IMG/VR virus record: IMGVR_UViG_3300050119_000364
Location: 1-51,560 of that record
Source of the DNA: a virus
Lineage: Duplodnaviria; Caudoviricetes
DNA: 51,560 bases
Direction: 5' to 3' (one strand)
Below, one piece after another: positions 45,328 through 51,560 of this stretch. The notes under the pieces were generated by a model, which saw nothing but the letters and a program-made list of their open reading frames with translations, did not search any database and was not told where the DNA came from. The position numbers and the translations under genes are program-made. Every line of letters begins with the position of its first letter. The stretch's first letter is position 1.

Positions 45328-45696
45328 ATGATCCCAGACACCGATCTTCACACGCTGAAATCGCTCTCCCGGGCGGTACGGGGAGGCACCTTGGACGCGC
45401 TCCGGCTTGCCGAACGCGCCTATGCGATGGGATCGACCGCATGTCATCTCGCCATGAGGTGCGCCATGCCCGATCCCGACACCCTGAACCTGTCGGCGCT
45501 CGAACGGATCGCCTTCACAAAAGCGATGGAGCGCACCGGCAGCGTCGTGGCTGCAGCCCGATTGCTGGGCATCAGCAGGACGAATGCCTACCGGAAAGCA
45601 AAGCAGTACGGCATCGCGCAAAAACGCGTGACGTGCCCGAACTGCCACGCGCCGATCACGGGGAGCGCGCCATGCCTCGATCAACCATCGGCCTGA
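45328..45696 (+). CDS. Fis-type HTH protein with C-terminal CxxC
   Basis: GSVVAAARLLGISRTNAYRKAKQYGI; CPNC. Confidence 0.75.
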   Translation: MIPDTDLHTLKSLSRAVRGGTLDALRLAERAYAMGSTACHLAMRCAMPDPDTLNLSALERIAFTKAMERTGSVVAAARLLGISRTNAYRKAKQYGIAQKRVTCPNCHAPITGSAPCLDQPSA

Positions 45697-45887
45697 CGCG
45701 CCATCACCGGAAGCCCCGCTCGCTCGGCGGCACGGCGGAGAAGAACAACATCTCGCGACTGCCTCCGAAGAAGCACGACGCTTGGCATATTTTGTTCCGC
45801 GACTGGCCACCCGAGCGGATAGCCGAAGAAATCAACGCAACGTATCTCGATCCCGACTATCGGTTCATCGCTGTTCGTCGGGAGTGA
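45672..45887 (+). CDS. Minimal HNH-like protein
   Basis: TRHHRKPRSLGG, NNIS and HDAWHILF motifs. Confidence 0.7.
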   Translation: MPRSTIGLTRHHRKPRSLGGTAEKNNISRLPPKKHDAWHILFRDWPPERIAEEINATYLDPDYRFIAVRRE

Positions 45888-45898
45888 AAGGAGACACC

Positions 45899-46108
45899 AT
45901 GGTCGTCGGGACTACCGTCATTTGCGATTTCTGCTTTGAACGCTGCCTGCCCGATGACTTCACGATCGTTCATCTCGAAAAGGCCGGACAGCCGTTTGAA
46001 TTCACCTTCCACAACACGCTCGAAAAACCGTGTTTGAAATCCAAAATCGAGGAACTTCGGCAAAAGTTCCCGATCCCAATCTTTTCAGATCCCTCCGCCT
46101 CCGAGTAA
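45899..46108 (+). CDS. Small Cys-containing hypothetical protein
   Basis: AAGGAG RBS; CDFC..H..C. Confidence 0.6.
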   Translation: MVVGTTVICDFCFERCLPDDFTIVHLEKAGQPFEFTFHNTLEKPCLKSKIEELRQKFPIPIFSDPSASE

Positions 46109-46123
46109 TTTCGGAGGCTTTTT
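46097..46123 (+). terminator. Intrinsic terminator
   Basis: GCCTCCGAG-TAAT-TTCGGAGGC-TTTTT. Confidence 0.8.
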
Positions 46124-46199
46124 CTACCTTGGGGGAACCGAATTAGATACTTTTATTTGCCTGATTACACCCCCTACAATCCCGAGTAATCGGAGTTTA

Positions 46200-46793
46200 T
46201 TGTTGGGAATTAAACTTCTTCCGGAAGATATTAGAGCAACGTATCAAATTGAAGAGCGCCACCACGCGTGCGCGATTCTCAAGCTCGATTTTCCCAACGA
46301 ATGGGATGATCTCATCGCGGTATTGCGCGACTTCACCCTCAAGAAGAGCGCAGTGCAGGCGAAGGGAGGACGCAAATCTCCGATCGCCGAATCGATCGAC
46401 GGGCTCTTTGCCGGACGCAAATGGGTGGAAAAGAATTTCGAGATCAACGTCACTGCCGACGGTGTTTCGACCCTCGCGCCAACGCATTTGGTGGACTACT
46501 ACAAGAACCGGATCGCCATCGAGACCGAATGGAATAATAAGGACCCCTTTTTCGATCGCGATCTAACGACGTTCCGTTTGCTCTTCGACTTGAACGTCCT
46601 GAGCGTCGGGATCATCATCACGCGGGCAGATGAACTGCAGCAGATTTTCAAAGACGTGGGCAAGAAGACCGCTGCGGGCGCGTCCACGACTCACATGTCG
46701 AAGCTGATTCCCAAGATGGCGAACCGCGCTGGCGGCGGGTGCCCTGTCCTCGGGTTCGGAATCACCATAAAGAAGTTCGACCCGAACGCCTAA
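46200..46793 (+). CDS. BglII/BstYI-family restriction endonuclease
   Basis: THLVD and IAIETEWNNKDPFFDRDL motifs; GGGCPVL. Confidence 0.85.
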   Translation: MLGIKLLPEDIRATYQIEERHHACAILKLDFPNEWDDLIAVLRDFTLKKSAVQAKGGRKSPIAESIDGLFAGRKWVEKNFEINVTADGVSTLAPTHLVDYYKNRIAIETEWNNKDPFFDRDLTTFRLLFDLNVLSVGIIITRADELQQIFKDVGKKTAAGASTTHMSKLIPKMANRAGGGCPVLGFGITIKKFDPNA

Positions 46794-47485
46794 ACCTCGA
46801 AGAGCAGCCTCTCACCCTCGGGCAGTCTTCCACTTTGCGAATGATTCGCGTACGTGTTCCACGAGGGCGTGTACGATTCGTCTGCTTGATTGCCCCATGT
46901 TGTCCAACCCTTACGCTCACCGCGAGCGAAGAGTTCGAGGAATGGACCCCTGCTGCACGACTCGATGATCTTGTACTGTTCATCCGGCTTCCGAGAGTGT
47001 TCCCGCTTCCGGCTCGACAAATAGTTCACTTGTCGGCGCCCCGGCGCGAGCGTACGCGCGTTCTCCCCGCGGACGCCAAAGAGAATCAACTCAGTAACAT
47101 TGCGGAAATAAAATCCCACGCCGCGCCCGTCCGAACCGCCGTCTTTGCGGATCTTGTGCCACACGAGATTGCTTTTGTATTTGAATCCCCACGCCTGCAA
47201 CACCGCGATTCCCTCTGGCAACAGGGCATTCGGGCACCAGAGGTAGAGGTGAGCCGTAGGGGCCGCGATCGAGGAGACCGGTAGCTTGATGATGTCGTCA
47301 AGCTTCAATGTCCCGTAACGCGAGAGGCGCTTATGCTCGGGAGCGACCTTGCCGGTGCGGTTCTGGAATTGCCACGGCGGATCGCAGAGGATCGTACCGA
47401 ATTTTCGTTTACCAACGAACCCCAGCAGATCTTCAGCGGGGGAATGGGTCGTGTCGCTTGCCCGGCACGTCTTCATAGCCCTCAT
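46790..47485 (-). CDS. MT-A70 family adenine methyltransferase
   Basis: DPPW, HLYLW, AWGF, REHSRKP and LELFAR motifs; start 47485 or 47476. Confidence 0.92.
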   Translation of the reverse strand: MRAMKTCRASDTTHSPAEDLLGFVGKRKFGTILCDPPWQFQNRTGKVAPEHKRLSRYGTLKLDDIIKLPVSSIAAPTAHLYLWCPNALLPEGIAVLQAWGFKYKSNLVWHKIRKDGGSDGRGVGFYFRNVTELILFGVRGENARTLAPGRRQVNYLSSRKREHSRKPDEQYKIIESCSRGPFLELFARGERKGWTTWGNQADESYTPSWNTYANHSQSGRLPEGERLLFEV

Positions 47486-47521
47486 GTTTGCATTTTCTTC
47501 GTCCCCCTGCAATTGGCAGAC

Positions 47522-47564
47522 TGTGGACAACAGGGCTTGAATTCCCAATCTGGCATGCCATGCT
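47522..47564 (+). promoter_or_regulatory. TGTGGACAA box plus promoter TTGAAT-N16-CATGCT
   Basis: Element-wide pattern. Confidence 0.6.
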
Positions 47565-47650
47565 TAAAGCGTCCCCAAACCATCCGCCGCCCTTCAATGT
47601 GGCGGCAGCGCGAATCAGCGCGGGCCGTGAGTGAGAGTACCGGCCGCATT

Positions 47651-48142
47651 ATGAAACCCCGAGTATGGATTCCCCTTCTTTTAGCCATTTTTGCCCCGTT
47701 TTCTCTTCCAGCCGCGTCCTATAGCGTCCAGCCCGCTTTTGCATCATCGACCTCTCCTGTGGTCATTTTTCAGCCCGAAATAGGCATCCTTGAGGAAGCG
47801 CAGCAGCTTTTCGCCAAATACGGCCCCCGACCGCCGTATAACGGCCCCGTCTTCGCGAAAAATGAGCCCCTAAGCCCTGAGGAGGCGTCGGACACCCTTC
47901 CTTTCATCCTCGCCTGCGAAAGCGGCGGCAGGGACGTTTCCGAGCTCGATAGCAATCACAAGATGAGCCGCGGCACGGCGCAGTTCCAAGACGCCACATG
48001 GGCCGAGCGGCAGGCGCAATCGGCCATTCAGGGGACTGCGACCGAAGCCATCCCCGCCGTCCTCATGTCCCTATGGTCTTTGGAACACGGCTATATTTCC
48101 CAATGGTCCTGCGCGGCGCTCGAAAAGATCATCGGCGCGTAA
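47651..48142 (+). CDS. Secreted lysozyme-like/lytic transglycosylase
   Basis: Signal peptide; ILACESGG, GTAQFQDATW and QWSC motifs. Confidence 0.8.
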   Translation: MKPRVWIPLLLAIFAPFSLPAASYSVQPAFASSTSPVVIFQPEIGILEEAQQLFAKYGPRPPYNGPVFAKNEPLSPEEASDTLPFILACESGGRDVSELDSNHKMSRGTAQFQDATWAERQAQSAIQGTATEAIPAVLMSLWSLEHGYISQWSCAALEKIIGA

Positions 48143-48275
48143 CGAAACGCCCCAACCCCCGTAGCACTTGATAGGCGGGTTTATGGGGACCTCGCCCAAA
48201 AGGTTCACAGGTCGGAATGGTCGAAACATTCTATGACCTTCCATTTTCAGAAAAGCTAAAAGAAATATCTTTTGC

Positions 48276-48324
48276 GCCGCCGATTTCTTCCGGTGTATTC
48301 CCGGGACGGCGGCTTTTTCTTTTT
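48276..48324 (+). terminator. Probable intrinsic terminator
   Basis: GCCGCCG..CGGCGGC stem followed by TTTTTCTTTTT. Confidence 0.65.
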
Positions 48325-48392
48325 CATTAGTAACCACAATGGTTCGTATTTCCTTCGCGCGAAACCGAATCCATAGTACTTTTCCAAGTACC

Positions 48393-48593
48393 ATGTTCAA
48401 CTCCACGGAACTTAATAACATTCGCCGAACCCTTGAATACGACAAACAGGACCTTCGCCGCTTTGAAAACGATCCCCACACACCCATAGAATCAATTGCC
48501 ACGGTAAAGGGGATTATCAAAGCAAAAGAGGCCAAACTCGCCTTCTTTAGCGATCTACCAGTTTTCCCCAGCCTCCCCCTTGCGCGATCCTGA
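48393..48593 (+). CDS. Small hypothetical protein
   Basis: 66-aa helical ORF; weak support. Confidence 0.4.
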   Translation: MFNSTELNNIRRTLEYDKQDLRRFENDPHTPIESIATVKGIIKAKEAKLAFFSDLPVFPSLPLARS

Positions 48594-48607
48594 AGGTTTG
48601 CTTCAAT
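48562..48607 (+). promoter_or_regulatory. TTTTCCCCA box plus promoter TTGCGC-N16-TTCAAT
   Basis: Element-wide pattern; points into a structured region with no credible ORF. Confidence 0.5.
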
Positions 48608-48612
48608 GAAGG

Positions 48613-49500
48613 TGTTCCCGGAAGGGAGCGACCGAGCGCAACGCATCCGACGAACCTTTTGACGGGTGCGCGTGAGGACGAAAGTTCTCCCACGGCTTAC
48701 AAGCCGTAAACGCGCCTCGGTCAAAGGGTTTTTAGTTTCACCTGAGAGTGAAGTCGCGCCGGGCAATCCGGGCGACGAGCAGGGCAACGCTTCTACGACT
48801 TTGCGACCCTGTAATGCGGAATGGGATTCGTTCATTGAAAGATGTGATGATGCAGCAGAGCGCGCGCTGACACCGGTTGCATGCAAAGGGGGCGCGGCGG
48901 AAAGCGAACTGCTTGTCTACCCAAGAGGGATACCTACCGCAAAAAGGCCCGGCCCGCGAACGTTAAACTCGACAATGCGGATCGAGTAGCGGGAACTTTT
49001 GGACAGGGTTGCTAAGCTGAAGCGAGACTGACGAATGGCATCGTCTGCTGGTGACAATGAGAAAGGCGCCGTTCGACGGAGCGGCGAGCAAGTACCAAAC
49101 AAACCCAGCCATCACATTTTTCAACGAGCGAATCACTGGGTAGTTTGGTAGAGCCACCGCAAACGGAAACGCCGTCAAGAACGGCCTCTGAATGACGCAG
49201 GAAATGTCCTCCGGCTTCGAGGGCAGAGAAGGGCGATCGGTTTCCCCGTCCAGCTTCGATCCCTGCGATCCAACACGAAACGGCAAATCGGCGACGAGAC
49301 ATAGCGAAGGGTGGAACACAAAAGAGCCGCGATCGTTCGTTCTTTGAATGCTGAAGGAAAGCATGGCAAGCGACGTTGGAAACCGCCGGAAGCAGCCATG
49401 TGGCTTCCAGCCCTTCAGCACTCAGAGAGCGAATCGCCGATTTTCAAAACAGACTTCTCGTCTGTAAAAAGTCGGATGGCAAATCAGCGGGAAATCTTAA
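48613..49500 (+). ncRNA. Large (~890 nt) highly structured non-coding RNA candidate
   Basis: No credible ORF; more than 20 stems visible, many with G-U pairs and GNRA/UUCG-type loops, nested multi-way junctions; boundaries approximate. Confidence 0.7.
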
Positions 49501-49665
49501 TTAGCCGCCCTTCTTTTCGGGTCTAGGCCATTCTTGGGTAGGCTGAACGCGTGAAGGAGCGGGGGCGCTATCGCCGATGCCTTCGTCAATCTTCCGAACA
49601 GGTCGTGGCGATGGTTGCGTCGGATTTAGGGGTTGTGTTGGATTTGGTTTTTTGTCCTCAGGCAT
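49501..49665 (-). CDS. 54-aa Pro-rich peptide
   Basis: MPEDKKPNPTQPLNPTQPSPRPVRKIDEG; GAGGA RBS; start overlaps the stop of the upstream gene. Confidence 0.55.
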   Translation of the reverse strand: MPEDKKPNPTQPLNPTQPSPRPVRKIDEGIGDSAPAPSRVQPTQEWPRPEKKGG

Positions 49666-50206
49666 TTATTTCCTCATGTTCTGGCGGAAACCAGCAATTG
49701 TTGATGTTGATTTCTTCATTTACGCGTGCTTCAAGTCTGCGAATTTTATTTGTATTAGGATCAGCCCCTTTTCTCTCGAGCTCTTTGAATTTGGAACGAC
49801 AGTGCTCGAAAGCGGAATTTGTCTTTTGTGTGAGATCGCGTGCGACAGTCACATCCTCAATTAGACACTTTAGATCCATGTAAAGATCACAGTAGTGTGT
49901 GTGTAATTCTGCATAAAGCCGGACCCGGCTTTCTAATCGAAGGATCGGTTTCAGGAGCGCCAGAGCTGCCGCTGCTATGGTGAGATAGAACCATCCTTGT
50001 TGTGCGATCGGGCGCGGAGAATGTTTCCAGAAGGCGAACGGAGAACTGCCACCGGTTATTGCAATCGCAATGTCGTATGCCAGAGCTATTCGAGTCCAAC
50101 ACTTGAGCGATTCCGCATAGTAGAGAACATTTAGGCGGGCGGTTCTGTACCAGTTATATGTCTGGATCATCCGCTCGTATTTGTTTTGCACCGCCGCGGC
50201 CGCCAT
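49658..50206 (-). CDS. Two-TM SLATT-like membrane protein
   Basis: Helix-TM-TM-helix layout; lower GC; directly downstream of the integrase. Confidence 0.65.
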   Translation of the reverse strand: MAAAAVQNKYERMIQTYNWYRTARLNVLYYAESLKCWTRIALAYDIAIAITGGSSPFAFWKHSPRPIAQQGWFYLTIAAAALALLKPILRLESRVRLYAELHTHYCDLYMDLKCLIEDVTVARDLTQKTNSAFEHCRSKFKELERKGADPNTNKIRRLEARVNEEININNCWFPPEHEEINA

Positions 50207-50225
50207 AGATATTCACATTTTACTC

Positions 50226-51278
50226 TCAGGGAACCCACGTCGCCTTCACCGCCTCATTCAGCGCATCCTGCCGCTGGGCGATCCAGTGCGAATACGATCG
50301 CTCGACGATCCGAGGAGTATTTCCCAAAATCGCCGCGACTTCGCTCACGGAGATTCCCTTTGAAAGCAGCTCGACGGCGAGCGTATGCCGGAACCGGTGC
50401 GCTGTAATTTTTATCTTTGCGATCTTCGAGAGCCGCAGGAGCGTCCTCTGCCAATCGGAAACCGCCGACTTCGGCTTCCCTTCTCCGGACCAGAAAAAAT
50501 ACTCGCCTTGCGGCTTCATCTCCTCGATCGCATTTTCGATCTCCGGGTGCACCGGAATCATGACCCTCTTTCCGTTTTTCGCGGTCCGGAGCGTGATGTG
50601 TCCGTCTTTTAATTTCGCCCGGTCGAGCTGCACCACGTCGCCGATGCGCAGGCCGCTCCACCGGAGGACGGAAATGAAGGCACGGAGCCGCAGCCGATTC
50701 CCTTCCCCGTAGATCCCCCACGCGGGGAATTTCGCGATCGCTTTCTCGATCTTTGCGAGCTCATCCGGCTCGTAGGGCTTGCGCTCGATCTCGACTTCTT
50801 TCGGCAGTTTGAGGGCTTTCGCCGGGTTCTTTTCCATCCATTCCCGATCAATCGCAAACCGGAAGAAGGAACGGAGCCGGGCGATTTTCATCCGCACGGT
50901 GATATTCGCGCCCTTGAATGTCTCCCTGAATTTCGCGACATCATCGACGGACAAGGTATGCACGGCGCGATCGCCGAAAAATGCGACCATGTCGCGCTTC
51001 AAAAGCCGGTATTTCCCTATCGTCGCTTCTGCCGCCTTATTCGCCTCGAACTGCCCGATGAAGCGGTCAAAGGCGTCCTCGATCGAGACCACGCTCCGCA
51101 TCCCGCGCACTTCCCAATCCCTCACGAGCTTCTGCGCGGCTTCCCAATTCGTGAGGTCGAGCGACTTGCGGATAGCTTCGCCGTGCAACGTGCCCTGCGC
51201 CCATATCGGGCATGAACACTTCGCCTTCCGCGACTTCAATTTGCATTTCGCGCGATGACGGCGGTACAGGGTAAGCAT
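50226..51278 (-). CDS. int: Tyrosine recombinase (integrase)
   Basis: SGLRIGD, HRFRHT, LGN and C-terminal Y catalytic residues; N-terminal RRH..C..CSCP; GGAGG RBS before ATG 51278. Confidence 0.96.
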   Translation of the reverse strand: MLTLYRRHRAKCKLKSRKAKCSCPIWAQGTLHGEAIRKSLDLTNWEAAQKLVRDWEVRGMRSVVSIEDAFDRFIGQFEANKAAEATIGKYRLLKRDMVAFFGDRAVHTLSVDDVAKFRETFKGANITVRMKIARLRSFFRFAIDREWMEKNPAKALKLPKEVEIERKPYEPDELAKIEKAIAKFPAWGIYGEGNRLRLRAFISVLRWSGLRIGDVVQLDRAKLKDGHITLRTAKNGKRVMIPVHPEIENAIEEMKPQGEYFFWSGEGKPKSAVSDWQRTLLRLSKIAKIKITAHRFRHTLAVELLSKGISVSEVAAILGNTPRIVERSYSHWIAQRQDALNEAVKATWVP

Positions 51279-51352
51279 GGCGTCCTCCCGAGTACGTATC
51301 GAGGACGCCATTGTAAACATCTTTCTAATCTATTGTAAACACATAACTTAGG

Positions 51353-51374
51353 TTGGTGGCGGCGGGTAGGATCG
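51353..51374 (+). repeat. att site within tRNA-Met 3' end, right boundary
   Basis: Identical to 106..127. Confidence 0.95.
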
Positions 51375-51430
51375 AACTACCGACCTTGGGGTTATGAATC
51401 CCACGCTCTAACCATCTGAGCTACGCCGCC
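51354..51430 (-). tRNA. tRNA-Met (CAT anticodon)
   Basis: GGCGGCGTAGCTCAGATGGTTAGAGCGTGGGATTCATAACCCCAAGGTCGGTAGTTCGATCCTACCCGCCGCCACCA folds as a 77-nt cloverleaf with CCA; elongator Met more likely than Ile2 or fMet. Confidence 0.93.
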
Positions 51431-51560
51431 ATGGGGGTGGAGGGCCGCTGGAAGAGGCTTCCGGGACCGGCCTTTTTCATCATATACGAGCTCCAGGCGC
51501 AGGTTGCGGGTTGCAGGGGCTCCGGCGACGGTAGACATTCAGAAGTCGCAGCAAATGCTT

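Larger units (their letters stand above)
106..51374. mobile_element. Integrated temperate phage (prophage) with relaxase/coupling-protein module, inserted in tRNA-Met
   Basis: 22-bp direct repeats at both ends matching the tRNA 3' end; integrase and xis at opposite ends; head, tail and lysis genes inside. Confidence 0.95.

Noticed and set aside
48671-48684. CGTGAGGACGAAA resembling part of a hammerhead ribozyme
   Set aside because: No CTGANGA core upstream; GAAA here is the loop of a simple hairpin
48602-48839. Long-range pairing TTCAATGAA / TTCATTGAA as the RNA's first stem
   Set aside because: The 5' half coincides with the proposed -10 box and would lie upstream of the transcript start; not used as evidence
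48666-49500. Group II intron (GTGCG at 48666)
   Set aside because: No recognisable domain V, no RT ORF and no interrupted gene; a covariance search is still needed to exclude it fully
48071-49526. Track ORFs 48071..48886, 48666..48989, 48963..49421 and 49311..49526 as genes
   Set aside because: No recognisable motifs or RBS, Arg/Ser-rich shadow composition, and mutual overlap; RNA structure explains the region better
106-51374. Stop-codon reassignment (as in some CPR lineages and phages)
   Set aside because: Conserved genes are full length in code 11, and TGA, TAG and TAA all end genes at expected positions, often in ATGA overlaps

Overview
The window is almost entirely one integrated ~51.2-kb temperate phage-like element (106..51374). 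It is bounded by a 22-bp direct repeat of the 3' end of a tRNA-Met(CAT) gene; the intact gene is at 51354..51430 (- strand). A tyrosine integrase sits at one end and an excisionase-like HTH gene at the other. The element carries a near-complete siphovirus-type virion module (terminase, portal fused to a MuF domain, HK97 protease and capsid, neck, tail tube, frameshifted tail chaperone, tape measure, tail tip and fibre), a holin-peptidase-holin lysis cassette, recombination genes, several HNH genes, membrane-protein morons and a BglII-like/MT-A70 restriction-modification pair. Unusual points: (1) a mobilisation-like module next to the left att repeat (two VirD4/TraD-like ATPases, a Replic_Relax-type relaxase and an oriT-like inverted repeat), with no recognisable replication initiator, helicase or CI repressor; (2) an ~890-nt densely base-paired RNA candidate with its own promoter and no credible ORF (48613..49500); (3) a tRNA-mimic RNA in the early leader that shares an exact 18-mer with that large RNA; (4) about a dozen promoters with a 16-bp spacer, many beside DnaA-box-like 9-mers; (5) large signal-peptide-bearing Thr/Ser-rich fibre-like proteins inside the head module; (6) an apparent mosaic of Patescibacteria(CPR)-like and Acidobacteria-like genes. 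All family and taxonomic assignments come from motif recognition by eye, not from database searches.
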